Positions 50,076-63,230 of a DNA stretch of 64,000 bases are shown here, one piece after another. A model generated the notes under the pieces. The model did no database searches. It was not told the origin of the DNA and worked only from the letters and a program-made list of their open reading frames with translations. The DNA lies in NCBI RefSeq assembly GCF_004010195.1, contig NC_057750.1, forward strand, positions 14,989,273 through 15,053,272. The letters run 5' to 3'. Position numbers and translations under genes: made by a program. The stretch is from Chiloscyllium plagiosum. Its lineage: Eukaryota. Position 1 is the stretch's first letter, and every line of letters starts with the position of its first letter.

Positions 50076-50486
50076 AGTGCATACCCATTAATGTTTTCCT
50101 GAGACCACCATCAGCTAAATTAATCCTCCATCTCGGCCTACTGTGTTGTTCTCATGAAGCTCAAGGTTAAGTATCTCACTTTTCAATGAGGCACTTAACA
50201 GCATTCTGGACTCAATGCTATATCCAATATTCAGATTATAAGCAGTGTCCTGTAATTTGTTCAGTTGGTAGCTGTTCCTACTTGATTCTGTGTTTGCATC
50301 CCTTTCGATCAAACTTTTGTTTTTTTTCCCCAGTCCCACTGCCATCCTCGTTTGCATCATGCCATCATTGACCAATGGACTGGGTCCTATTGCCCAATCA
50401 GATTACTGGGCAATGGACCACCTGCCTTCCATCCAATTACAGAGCGTCACTTTTATTACTGTGATTACACGTTTCTTGTTTTTTCA

Positions 50487-50560
50487 GTTCTGAAGAAGGT
50501 CATCGACCTGAAACATTATTTCTACATTGCTGCCTAACCTGCGTTTCCAATTTTTTCCAC
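50487..50560 (+). mobile_element. Penelope-like terminal repeat relic with a hammerhead-like core
   Basis: CTGAAGA-aggtc-atc-gacct-GAAA-ca-TT at 50490-50517, followed by tgctgcctaacctgc. Confidence 0.5.
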
Positions 50561-52275
50561 TTATATTCCTGCAGTCTTTTCTGTCCAGTCAGCTTCCCAC
50601 TTGCTTGCTCACTCTTTGGTCTGCAGTAGTTCTGCCTCCTCTTCAGTTCTCTGCCTGAAGGCAAGTTCATCCCACACCACCACAACCTCCACCACCGGTA
50701 CAGCAAGGTGGCAAGTCCTGAATCCATGCCAATCAGAATGGGTTAAAGCCCTGTGCTGTTGGCACCATTTTGTCTGCACCAGATATAACAACCTACTGAG
50801 TCATCTCCCCTACCTGCAAGTGTCCGTATTGTTGTAGAAACACGTACTGCTACATGCTTGTTGTAGCTTGGAGCTGAGATAATGGTAGAGGCTCCAATTT
50901 TCTTTCTGACAAGAAACCTCCTATTCTTATGTTGAAACTTGTATGTTAATGCTTACTGTGTCTGTCCAGGTTAAGACTCCTTCCTTGACCATCAGTCAGG
51001 AAGTGGGACTTGACACTGGAGTTTCTGGCTCAGCAGCATGGTCTACTGTGCCACAAGATCTCCTAATCTGCACCAGTTAACCAGTCATAATTTGCCCATT
51101 GTTCTTCAGTCTAATCCATTGTTCTCATTCTTGTTCTATTCTTGTGAGCTGGTGTCTCTCCCTGCTCCAGTTGTCAGCCAGACTCTGCTACCAGTCAGTC
51201 TTCGGTGTTGGAGTACAGTGGGCATTTCATAGTGTGCACTATGAGGAGGCCTTTCCAGCTGAAAGAAATGTTGGGACATGAATTGTTGGCACCTACAACA
51301 GAGGCCAAGGCAGCAGCCCCCACAGGAAGTTAAGGGACCAACTGTATCTTGTATTTTACCCTAATCTGATGATATTGTGATCACTGTATCCCAAATGTTT
51401 TGCCACTGAAACATACCCACTTCACCTCCCAGAACTAGATTCAGCATTGCTTCCTCGCTCAAGGGAAATGTGTTGATGCACAAAGTTATGTTCTACATGG
51501 TTCAGAAATTCCTCTCCTGTTTTGCCTTTTACGTGAATGCACAGGAATGAGCTTGGGAGCGGGTGTAAGGGCAGAGGTAATCTCTCACTAAAAATACAGC
51601 TTCAGAGCTGTAAGTTAAAAGTAGTAAAGTATGTATTTCAATACATAATGTCGAGTAATCATATCGTGCATGATTTTATTGGCAGAACAGGTTCAAGTGG
51701 CCATTTCATCATAATTTGTATTGTCAATATATGTTTGATACACAGAAAAAAGAATTTGGTTTAATAATATCATTACATTCAGTACAAAGTAAATGATGAA
51801 TATATTTATGCTACACAACAGTTTGAGACTGTGTACAGTTTTGTTTTATAAAAAGGACAGAGCAAGAGTCTGAGGCATTGAGAACATTGAACATTTTAAA
51901 ATTGGTTACATTTTTATGTCTGAGATGGCTTTGAAGAAGGTGGGCATTAGTTTCAGATTGTGTCTGTACTAACAATTGGTTACAATGGGCTGAATGGTGC
52001 ACTGCACAGGGATCTCACTGATGTGGGTTGTGTCTCAGTACTGTGCTCTTTCATGATATCTTATGTGGAAAATATCATGAGCTGTGGTGAGCTTGAAGTT
52101 CACACCATTTCATCTGAGCAAGTGTTCAACTTTGAATGAGATTCTGTGAATGGCAGTGCTTTGTGGAGGCTGATAACTGTTTGCAGAGAAGTCAATGGAG
52201 CTAGAGTTGATGCTGATAAACTAAAGGCTTGCTTTCTATCTGAACAGGAATCCTCAATGTTGTTCTTTGTTTTAG

Positions 52276-52305
52276 GTCCAATGCACATCGGGCAGCACCT
52301 GAGAG
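52276..52305 (+). CDS. PAF1: PAF1 coding exon 2 (SNAHRAAPER)
   Basis: Acceptor ttctttgttttag, donor AG|gtaagt, 30 nt phase 2->2; aligns with human PNSHRTLPER. Confidence 0.9.
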
Positions 52306-52982
52306 GTAAGTGATGACTGTGGATGTTTTCAGTCTTTTGCTTAATGAGCATGGGGTCAAACCGATCAACTTTCCCTTTTCACTCTCCCTTTTCTTGTTGA
52401 ATTATTCACACAGAAAATGTGTCTCGAGAAAAAGAGGAGGCTGAGGGGGTGATAGATTGAGGCCTTTGAGGTTAAGGCGTGATTCACTAGTGGAGGTCCC
52501 CCCCATTTTGTTGAGGAAACCAAAACAAAGGGCGTGAATAAAAGCAAAACGCTACAGTTGCTAAAACTTTGAAATAAAAACAGAAAAGGCTGGCAAAACT
52601 CAGCAGGTCTGCCAGCAATTGTGGAGAGAAGCAGAGTTTCAATTATTAAACTTGAAACATCAATCCTGTTTTTCTCTCTCTCTCCACAGAGATAGACACT
52701 AATAAATCTAATAGGAATTCAGGAGAAACCCCTTTTATATAAAAACACATTAAAATGTAATCTCTCTTACCCAGTGAGTGGTGAGAATGTTGCACTTGCT
52801 ATCACAGGAGTGGTTGATGCAAATACAATAGGTTATAATAAAACTAGGTAAGTACCTGAGAGAGGAATAGAACAATATAATGAGGGTTGGGAAAATGTTC
52901 ACAGAGGAAGAATAATCTGTTCGGTGCTTAACTTCTAAGTAATTCTATGTGATGGTTCTTAGTGCTGTGTACAAACCATTAA

Positions 52983-53186
52983 CTATGAGGAAGTGAGGAC
53001 TGCAGATGCTAGAGATCAGAGTCAAAAAGTGTGATGCTAGAAAATCACAGCCAGTCAGGCAGCATTTGAGGAGCAGAAGAGTCAATGTTCCTGATGAAGA
53101 GCTTAGGCTTGAAATACCAACTCTCCTGCTCCTTGGTTGCTGCTTGACCAACTGTGCTTTTCCAGCACCACACTTTTTTGACACTA
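52983..53186 (+). mobile_element. Short fold-back element, family B, older copy
   Basis: gtgaggactgcagatgctagagatcagagtc...; CTGATGAagagcttaggcttGAAA; flanking direct repeat aaccattaa. Confidence 0.75.
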
Positions 53187-53212
53187 ACCATTAATTGACT
53201 TATATCTTCAAG

Positions 53213-53490
53213 GCAGCTCAGTGGTTAGCACTGCTGCATCATAATGCTAGAGACCTGGATTCAATTCCAGCCTCGGGTGACTGTCTGTGTTGAGTTTGCA
53301 TGTTCTCTCCATGTTTGCGTGATTTTCCTCCCATAGTCCAAAATGTGCAAAATAGGTGGATTGGCCAAGGTAAATGTAGAGTTACAGTGATAGGATAGGG
53401 GTCTGGGTGTGGGTGGGATGCTCTTCAGAGGGTTGGTGCAGACTCGATGGGCTGAGTAGCCTATTTCAGCACTGTAGGGATTCTATGATC
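53213..53490 (+). mobile_element. HE1-type SINE
   Basis: gctcagtggttagcactgctgc..ggattcaattcc..actgtagggattctatgat. Confidence 0.8.
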
Positions 53491-54466
53491 TTTCAGACAT
53501 TTGCGTTTCATGGGTATGTGCCCACATTTACAGAGGCCTCCAGGGCAGAAACATGTTCTCACCAGCCTTTTCTCCACATAGTCTCGCTGTCGATGCCTGT
53601 CTGAAGTTGATTTTTCTTTTCTTTTCTCTTCATGGGATTTGAGAATTTGTTACCAGTCCCTGACTGACTCGGAGCTGAATGTCTTACTCGGCCACTTCAG
53701 AGGGCAGTTAAATGCTGATCATGTTGCTCTGGATCTGGAGTCACATATAGGGCCAGACTCCCTTCCCTCTAAAGGACATCCAGTGGATTTTTCACAGCAA
53801 TAAGTGATGGTTTCATGGTCACAGTGACTGATTCCAGCATTACAATTCTAGATCTATTCGCTGAATTTAAATTCAATCAGTTTCTATAGTTGGATTCAAA
53901 CCAATGTCCTTAACACATTGTCCTAGTGACTCTGTGCTGTGACTCCCCTATTATGTTTGATTGTTGGGTGGTGATTTGTAGTTGCTGCTGTGGCCTTTCT
54001 GAATCTCTGAGCTGAAAATCAGCACATGTTACATGTGCCAGTGTTGGTGACCTGTGCTCAAGCACATCACTGACTGAAGTGCAGCTCCAAGTCACCATTC
54101 CCTTTGACCTTCATTCGCAGGGCTCGGTAACTACTTGCCTTCATGCTCTTTTGATATTTTAGATATTGCCAGGCCTCTTCATGTTTCAGATTGGTCTGGG
54201 ATGGGATGAGGGAGAGTGGGTGAAGTTGGCGTCATGCAAGATGGCATGATGCCATGTTTCAGTCCAGATTCCCCTTTGCCATCTCTGCTGTAATGAGTCT
54301 CTCATCTCATTATTGTTCCAGACTGGAGACTGGCTAAAATAGTTTTAGCTTCCCTGCTGAGTTTGAGGTTGTCATTATGGTTGGGAGTGGGTTTGGTGGG
54401 GTCGGGGTAGAGGGAGGATGGCCTCATGCAAGCTCTGGATATAGCAGTGAGTACTTCTATGACTGA

Positions 54467-54589
<123 letters not shown>

Positions 54590-54687
54590 TAAAAGCTGTG
54601 TTCAGTCAGTCTACGGGTTTAACTATTTTCCCTCCTCAGCAGCAATGTCTCCCTTCCTGTATGGTATTTATTGTAAATAAATGAAGT

Positions 54688-55000
54688 CATTTCCCTGGGG
54701 TGGTGTGTCCAGAACTAGAGGGCATAGGTTTAGGGTGAGAGGGGAAAGATATAAAAGAGACCTAAGGGACATTTTCTCACAGAGGGTGGTGCGTGTATGG
54801 AATGAGCTGCCAGAGGAAGTGGTGGAGGCTGATACAATTAAAGCATTTAAAAGGCATCTGGATGGGTATATGAATAGGAAGGGTTTGGAGGGATATGGGC
54901 CAGATGCTGGTAAGTGAGACTAGATTGGGTTGGGATATCTGGTCGGCATGAACAAGTTGGACTGAAGGGTCTATTTCTGTGCTGTACGTCTCCGTGACTC
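54688..55000 (+). mobile_element. CR1/HER1-type LINE 3' end
   Basis: SRTRGHRFRVRG..FSQRVVRVWNELPEEVV. Confidence 0.9.
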
Positions 55001-56115
55001 CAAGTGGACTGCACCCTTTTTGGAGAAGAGAGGGAAGATTAGGGTTCAGGCAGGTTAAGGAAGAGTGTTAAGGACTTTATGTCCTTTTGATGTGTAAAGA
55101 AGAGAAAACTGCTCCCTCGGTCCAAAGAGTGAGGCAACCAAAGAGGATGACACCCAAAAGCTAGGACTGAGAGCTGAATAGTGTCCTGTGGATTGAACTT
55201 AATGCAGTCGGTCTGTGGGCAGGGAAGTTCACTGTTGATGCACTGTCTAGCAGCTGTCTGGTTAAGAAGCTGCCGATAATCACATGGGTGAGAAGCTGCA
55301 GCAGTTTAAGTGAATGGAGTGGTGGCAATGATGGTTAGTGATTGAAGGTCAGATGCATCGAGTATAATTAGAGAGGTACTGCTTGAGTGGTTGAGCAAAT
55401 GGATTTGAGAATCCAGTTATTTGTGGCTAATAGTGGGAGCAGAAACAAGGTGAAACAGGCATAGGAGACGCTTGGCCTTTGAGGCAAGAGAATTAATAAT
55501 TAATATGGAGAGTCCTGGGGGCACTCCTCAATTGAAATACTGTGAGCCGCTTGTACCCCTGTAAATTCTACCTACCTTTAGTGCCGGTTAGATAGGTTGA
55601 GTGACTGAGTGTGGGGTCAGTGTTGCATTAATCGTGGGTGGTTTATCCTGGTGTCCTGAAGAGGAATTCACCTCTGAGCATCAATGGCAGATTAGTCAGT
55701 CCCGTGGCTTATTGTGAGAGCTTGTGTGCAGAATAACTGCTTTGTTTAACAGCACTCACCAACTGTCTGGTTCTCCTGTGAAGTATTTCACTGACGTGTA
55801 ATGATTTTAAATATCTTTCCAATCATGGTGGGGCAAGAGGACTCAGGAATTTGAGTATGTTGGACTTGAAATATCAATTTTGAAATTTTCAAGTGAAACC
55901 CAGCTTAGAAGTATCTGTCAGATAAAACACAGATGCTGGAGATCTGAGAAAGGAAGGAAATCGCTGAAGAAACACAGCTCTGACAGCATCTGTGGGAAGA
56001 AAGTAGCATTAATGTTTTGAGTCTTGTAACTCCTCATCTGAACAGCTGAGTTTCTTCAGCAATTTCTGTTCTTGTTTGAAAGTCTCTCTCTCTGTGAGTG
56101 TCGGGCTGCCATGTG

Positions 56116-56586
56116 GGTCGCCATGGTGGCTCAGTGGTTAGCACTGCTGTTTCACAGGGTGCTGGGTTCGATTCCACCCTCGGGTGACTGTCTGTGTGGA
56201 ATTTGCACATTCTCCCAGTTTCTGGGTGTTTCGGTTTCCTCCCACAGTCCAAAGATGTGCAGGTTAGGTGGATTGGCGTGGTTAGCACTGCTGTTTCACA
56301 GGGTGCTGGGTTCGATTCCATCCTCGGGTGACTATCTGTGTGGAATTTGCACATTCTCCCAGTTTCTGGGTGTTTCGGTTTCCTCCCACAGTCCAAAGAT
56401 GTGCAGATTAGGTGGATTGGCCAACGTCAATTGCCCATAGTGTCCAGGGATGTATAGGTTTGGTGGGTTAGCCATGGGAAATGCAGAGTTAGGAGGGTGG
56501 GTCTGGTTGGGATACTCTTTGGAGGGTAGGTGTGGACTCGATGGGCCAAATGGCCCGGTTCCATACAGTAGGGATTCTGTGATTCT
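56116..56586 (+). mobile_element. HE1-type SINE with a 144-bp internal tandem duplication
   Basis: gtggttagcactgctgtttcacagggtgctggg starts at 56134 and again at 56278. Confidence 0.88.
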
Positions 56587-56745
56587 ACAAAGCCAGCAGC
56601 AAAGACCAGACGGTCTGGACATTGGACAGAAGAGCTGCAACTGTTCCCTCATCCTCAGCAATGGTGAAACTTTCCACTCCACTTCCATTTTAGTTTTGAT
56701 CTTTTCTTTTCTGTTTTAGATTAGATCAACAAGGGAGTCATGTAT

Positions 56746-57056
56746 GGAGTCCTACATGTATGGAAACAGGCCACTTGGACCAACAAATCCACACTGACCC
56801 TCCTAAGAGTAACCCACCTAGACCCAATCCCTACCCTATATTTACCCTTGACTAATACACCTAAAACTATGGGCAATTTCCCATGGCCAATTCACCTGAC
56901 CTGCACGTCTTTGGATTCTGGGAGGAAACTGGAGCACCCGGAGGATACCCACCCAGACAAGGGGAGAATGTGCAAACTCCACACAGTCATCCGAGACAGG
57001 GATCGAACTCTGGTCCCTAGCGCTGTGAGGCAGCAGTGCTAACCACTGAGCCACCG
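56746..57056 (-). mobile_element. HE1-type SINE
   Basis: tggaaacaggcc..ggagcacccggagga..gtgaggcagcagtgctaaccactgagccacc. Confidence 0.88.
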
Positions 57057-57257
57057 TTTCATATTGTTTCATATTGTTTCACTCTTGTTTCATATTTCCA
57101 ACATTAGCAGTTCTTTGTTTTTGTTAAGGTCCAGGAGTGGGAGGTTTCTCCACTGGTTAGGATCGAAGACTACGAGAAGATCTTCTTTCAATGTCATTGC
57201 TGTGGCTTTTCTTTGTAACTCCCATTACACTGTGGCTGTTCAGGTCATCAATGTGTA

Positions 57258-57452
57258 GAGTCAAAAACAATTGCAGATGCTGGAATCCAAGGTCGACAAG
57301 TAGGAGGCTGGAAGAACACAGCAAGCCAGGCAGCATTAGGAAGTAGAGAAGTCGATGTTTTGGCTGTAAGAAGCATTATAACCGAAACGTTGACTTCTCC
57401 ACCTCCTGACACTGTCTGGCTTGCTGTGTTCTTCCAGCCTCCTGCTTGTCTA
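57258..57452. mobile_element. Short fold-back element, related family
   Basis: Arms gacaagtaggaggctggaagaacacagcaagccag / ctggcttgctgtgttcttccagcctcctgcttgtc, central ccgaaacgttgac. Confidence 0.75.
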
Positions 57453-57894
57453 TCATCACCATATAGGCTTGAGATTGCTGTCACCTGGAGCACTGGCTTT
57501 GGGTATTTAAGTTAGGTACTTTGCATACATTGGTAAAAGTGCAAGTCCATTATCTTAATGCTGGTGTCGATTCCTGTACATGGTGTGAATGACTAAAGCT
57601 GTGATAGCTGTGAGTAGACCGTTCAGCTCTTTGAGTCTGCTTGGCCATTGAATGAGGTCATGGCTGATCTGTGGCCTAGCTCCATATGTCTGCTTTTGGC
57701 CATCTCCCTTAATACCCTTTCTTAACAAAAAATTGTCAAGCGCAGATTTAAAACTCAGATCTGTTCTAGCACCGATTGTCATTTGTGGATGAGAATTCCA
57801 AACCTGGAATATCTCTGTGTGGTATCACAGAGACATGGTTGCAAGGGGATCAGGGCTGGGAATTAAATGTGCAAGGATAACAGTTAATTTTACA

Positions 57895-59320
57895 ATAAAC
57901 AATAAGTGCAGGAGTAGGCCATTCTGCCCTTCGAGCCTGCACCACCATTCAATATGATCATGGCTGATCATCCTTAATCAGTATCCTGTTCCTGCCTTAT
58001 CTCCATAACCCTTGATTCCACTATCCTTGAGAGCTCTATCCAACTCTTTCTAAAATGAATCCAGAGACTGGGCNNNNNNNNNNNNNNNNNNNNNNNNNNN
58101 NNNNNNNNNNNNNNNNNNNNNNNNNNNNNNNNNNNNNNNNNNNNNNNNNNNNNNNNNNNNNNNNNNNNNNNNNNNNNNNNNNNNNNNNNNNNNNNNNNNN
58201 NNNNNNNNNNNNNNNNNNNNNNNNNNNNNNNNNNNNNNNNNNNNNNNNNNNNNNNNNNNNNNNNNNNNNNNNNNNNNNNNNNNNNNNNNNNNNNNNNNNN
58301 NNNNNNNNNNNNNNNNNNNNNNNNNNNNNNNNNNNNNNATTAGCCTTCTTCACTATCTGCTGTACCTGCATGCTTGCTTTCATTGACTGGTGTACAAGAA
58401 CACCCAGATCTCTCTGTACTGCCCCTTTACATAAATTGATTCCATTGAGGTAGTAGTCTGCCTTCCTGTTCTTGCTACCAAAGTGGATAACCATACATTT
58501 ATCCACATTAAACTGCATCTGCCATGCATCTTCCCACTCACCTAACTTGTCCAGGTCACTCTGTAATCTCCTAACATCCTCATCACTTTTCTCCCTGCCA
58601 CCCAGCTTTGTATCATCAGCAAATTTGCTAATGTTGTTGCTGATACCATCTTCTATATCATTAACATATATTGTAAATGGTCCCTGCGGTACCCCACTGG
58701 TCAGTGCCTGCCATTCCGTAATGGGGCCGTTTATCACTACTCTTTGTTTCCTGTCAGCCAACCAACTTTCAATCCAAGTTAGTACTTTGCCCCCAAACCA
58801 TGTGCCCTAATTTTGCTCACTAACCTCCTATTTGGGACTTTATCAAAAGCTTTCTGAAAGTTCAGGTACACTACATCTACTGGATTTCCCTCGTCCAACT
58901 TCATAGTTACATCCTCAAAAAATTCAAGAAGATTGGTCAAGCATGATTTCCCCTTCATAAATCCATACTAACTCTGACCTGTGCTGTTACTGCTATCCAG
59001 ATGTGTCGTAATTTCATCCTTTATAATAGACTCCAGCATCTTTCCCACCACTGAGGTCAGACTAACTGGTCTATAATTTCCTGCTTTCTCTCTCCCACCT
59101 TTCTTAAAAAGTGGTACAACATTAGCCACCCTCCAATCCGCAGGAACTGATCCCGAATCTATCGAACTCTGAAAAATAATCACCAACGCATCCACGATTT
59201 CTCGAGCCACCTCCTTCAGTACCCTGGGATGTAGACCATCAGGCCCTGGCGACTTATCAACCTTCAGACCTAACAGTCTCTCCAACACCAATTCCTGGCA
59301 AATATAAATTCCCTTAAGTT
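57895..59320 (-). mobile_element. Young CR1-type LINE with internal deletions and a gap (58074-58338)
   Basis: KSPGPDGLHPRVLKE..DWRVANVVPLFKKG..NYRPVSLTSVVGK; ISKFADDTKLGG. Confidence 0.92.
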
Positions 59321-59589
59321 GCAGCACTGTTCAAATTTTTGACTGTGTTGTAATTGCAACTGAAGAGTAATTTGGAGGAAAAATACTAGTTGTATTTGTG
59401 AAGAACAATTTTGAGTATAATAGAAGTTATTCTAATTTAGCAATTTAATTGATTTTTTTCTCAGGAAGGAATGCAGATTTAAGGAGTCCAGGCTTATAAT
59501 CAGGATCCTAAGCTAGACTATGTGTACTATAAAGCTTCTAATTTGGAAATGCATTATTTAAAGATATTAATTAACAATTTACAATTACA

Positions 59590-60270
59590 TTTATAGGAAG
59601 GATATTATTATCTTCGTGGGTTTCCTCCGGGTGCTCCGGTTTCCTCCCACAGTCCAAAGATGTGCAGGTTAGATGAATTGGCCATGCTAAATTGCCCAGA
59701 GTGTTAGGTGCATTAGTCAGAGGGAAATGGGTCTGGGTGGGTTACTCTTCGGGGGGTCGGTGTGGACTGGTTGGGACAAAGGGCCTGTTTCCACACTGTA
59801 GGGAATCTGATCTATCTGAAGAGGTTTCAGCAGAGATTTACCAGGATTTTGCCGGACAGGGAAGGTTTGAGTTATAAAGAAAGGCTGAATAAGCTGGGAC
59901 ATTTTTCATTGGAGCACAGGAGCTTGAGAGGCGACTGATAGAAGTTTATAAGATAATGAGGGGCATTGAGAGAGTTAATGGTAGGTGTCTTTTCCCCAGG
60001 ATGGGGGATGTCAAGATAAGGTGGCACATTTTTAAATTGAGAGGAGAAAGGTTTAAAAAATACATGAGCAAATTTTTTACACAGGGAATGAATTTCCTGA
60101 GGAAGTGGTGGATGTGGGTGCAATTGCAAGTTTAAAAGACATTTGGATAAGTTCATGAATAGGAAGGGGTTTGGAGGGATATGGGGCGGGTGGGATTAGT
60201 TTAGTTTGAGATTATGTTTGGCATGGACTGGTTGGACAGAAGGGCCTGTTTCCATGCTGTATGACTCAGT
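59590..60270 (+). mobile_element. CR1-type LINE 3' end with a 5'-truncated HE1 SINE at about 59613-59817
   Basis: cagcagagatttaccagga..gatagaagtttataagataatgagggg..CR1 tail; HE1 core inside. Confidence 0.8.
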
Positions 60271-60289
60271 GATACATATCCTATTGAAA

Positions 60290-63230
60290 GGACAGGCATC
60301 TGGCAGACAGAATGGGGTTGCCTTGTTAGCAAGAAATGATATTGGATTGGAAGGCATCGAAACTGTGTGGGTAGGGTTGAGGATTCACAAAGCAAAAAAG
60401 GCCGTGATGCGAGTTGTGTACATGACCTTTACCAGTAGTCAGAAAATAAAAGGCATGTGTTGCACTAAATATGGGAGATTTCAATGTGCAGATGGACTGG
60501 GAAAATCAGGCTGGTCACAGATTCCAAGAAAAGAAATTTGTGGAATGTCTACGAGATGGTTTTATGGAGCAGCTTGTGGTAAAGCCCATTAGGGAACAGC
60601 AATTCTGGATTTGGTGATGTGCAATGAGGCAGACTTGATGAGAGAACATAAGGTGAAGGAACCCCTAGGGGGCAGTGATTATCATATAACAGAATTCACT
60701 CTGCAATTTGAGGGAGGATCTGAATCAGATGTAACAGTATTAAAATCGAGTAATGATTTGAGGTGCCGGTGTTGGACTGGGGTGGGCAAAGTTAAAAATC
60801 ACACTACACCAGGTTATAGTCCAACAGGTTTATTTGGAATCACTTTCTTTCAGAGCGCTGCTCCTTCATCAGGTGGTTGTGGAGCAGAAGCATAAGACAC
60901 AGAGTTTATAGCAACAGGATTGTAGTGTCATTGAATGTAATAGTAAATTTAAGAATGACCGTGTTAGTTTCGGTTACATATGAAGGAACAGAAGCTCACG
61001 TGGTCATTATAAAAGATGAGAGACTTAAGTTAAATGTGTTTAACATTACATTCAATGACACTGCAATCCTGTTGCTATAAAGCCTGTGTCTTATGGTTCG
61101 GCTCCACAACCACCTGATGAAGAAGCAGAGCTTTGAAAGCTAGTAATTCCAAATGAACCTGTTTGACTATAACCTGGCATTGTGTGATTTTTTTTTTTAA
61201 CAATTGAGTAAAGGAAACTACAAAGACATGAGCTGTCCAGAATTAATTGGAAGGACAGCTAGCAGGAAAGATGATGGAGGAGCAATGGCAGGAGTTTCTG
61301 GTAGTAATGTGGGAGGCATAACAGAAATTTATCACAAGGAAGAAAAAACATACTCAGAGGAGGATGAGGCAACCATGGGAAGTCAGGAACAGCGTAAAAA
61401 CAAAAGAAAGAATAAACAATGTGGTGAAGGTTAGTGGGAAACCAAAGGATTAGGAAGCCGTTAAAAACCAGCAGAGGATAATTAAGAAAGCAATAAGGGA
61501 GGAGAAGATGAAATATGAGCGTAAGCCAGCTAGTAATATAAAAGAAGATTTCAAGAGTTTTGATTTTAGATATATAAAAGGTAAGAGAGAGGCAAGAGTG
61601 AACATTGAACCACTGGAAAATGAGGCTGGAGAAGTAGTAATGGGGGAGTATAGAAATGGCAGAGGAACTGAATAGGTACTTCACATCAGTCTTCACAGTG
61701 GAAGACACCAGCAGTATACCAGAACTTCGAGAGGGGCAGAGGTGAGTGTAGTGGTCATCACTAAGGAGAAAGTGCTGAGGAAGCTGGAAGGTCTGAAGGT
61801 GGATAAATCATCTGGACTGGATGGATGACACCCAGGGTTCTGAAGGAGATAATTGACAAAATTTCGGAGGCATTAGAGGTGATTTGTCAGGAACTACTGG
61901 AGTCAGGAACGCTCCCAGAGGATTCAGAAGTGGCTAATTTAGCACCCCTGTTTCAGAAGTAATGTCAGCAGAAGGCGAGGAATTGTAGGCCAGTTGGCCT
62001 GACCTTGGTTGTTGGTAAGATTTTGGAGTCCATTATTAAAATTGAAATTGTGGAGTACTTGGAAGTGCATGGTCAAATAAGGCTGAGTCAGCACGGCTTC
62101 ATCAAGGGGAGGTCATGCCTGACAAATCTATCGAATTCTCTGAGAAGGTAACAAGCAAGTCAAACAAAGAAGAACCGGTCAGCATATCCACGTGAATTTC
62201 CAGAAGGCCTTAGTCAAAGTGCCACACAGAAGGCTGCAAAATAGGAAAAGAGCTCATAACGTGAGGGGCAAGGTACTGGCATGGATAGGGAAATGGCTGA
62301 CTGGCAGAAGACAGCGAGTGTGTATGAAGGGGTCTTGTTCAGGATGGCAGCCAAAGGAGTTCCGCAGGGATCTCTTCACATTATGCATTAACGATCTGGC
62401 TAAAGGAACTGAGGGCATTGTTGTTAAATTTACGGATGACACAAAGATAGATGGGGGGGGCAGGCAGTGCTGAGGAAGCGGGGAGGCTGCAGAAGGACTT
62501 GGACACGGTAGAAGAGTGGGCAAAGAAGTGGCAAATGGAATACAATGTGGGCAAGTGTGAGATTATGTATTTATTTTAGGAAGCTTAGGAGCATAGACTA
62601 TTTTTTAAATGGGGAAAGGCTTTAGAAATCTGAAGCACAAAGGCAGTTTCGGCATCCTGGATCAAGATTCTCTTAAGGTTAACCACAGGCTCAGCTGGCA
62701 GTTAGGAAGACGCATGCAATGTTAGCATTCATTTCAAGAGAACTAGAATACAAGAGCAGGGATGTACTGCTGAGGCTGTATAAGCCTTGAGTCAGGCTGG
62801 TTTTGGAATATTGTGAGCAGTTTTGGGCCCCATATTTAAGGAAGAATGTGCTGGACTTGAAGGGGGTCCAGAGGAGATTTGCAAGAATAATCACTGCAAT
62901 GAAGGACTTGTCCTATGAAGGGGGGTGTGGACTCTAGGTTTTTACTTGATGGAGATTAGAAGGATGAGGGGGGAACTGATTGATACTTAAAGAATATAAG
63001 AGTTCTGGGTAGAGTGGATGTGGACAAGATATTTCCACTAGTCAAAGAAGGCTTAGCTTCAAAGTGAAGGGTGATCCTTTAAAACTGAAATGAAGAGGAT
63101 TTATTCAGGCAGATTTATTCAGGGTTTTGGGGAGAAAGTAGGTGAATGGTGTTGAGAAACCTATCAGCCATGCTCGAATGGTAGAGCAGAAATCGATAGG
63201 CCGAATTTTGCTGTTATTATCATATGGTCT
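60290..63230 (+). mobile_element. CR1-type LINE, endonuclease to 3' end, degraded
   Basis: GVALLAR..ETVWV, GDFN, LDLVMCNE..EPLGGSDY, NFQKALVKVPHRRL, KFTDDTKI, cagttttgggccccata. Confidence 0.88.
60753..61200. mobile_element. Fold-back element, family A, about 150-bp inverted arms, each with a hammerhead-like core
   Basis: Arms about 60794-60941 and 61045-61191; + cac-CTGATGA-a-gaagc-aga-gcttt-GAAA-gc-TA at 61111-61142; mirror core at about 60848-60875. Confidence 0.85.

Noticed and set aside
49109..50170. ORFs overlapping PAF1 exon 1 and intron 1
   Set aside because: Products of GC-rich promoter sequence and the 56-bp repeat; the true frame is the spliced PAF1 CDS.
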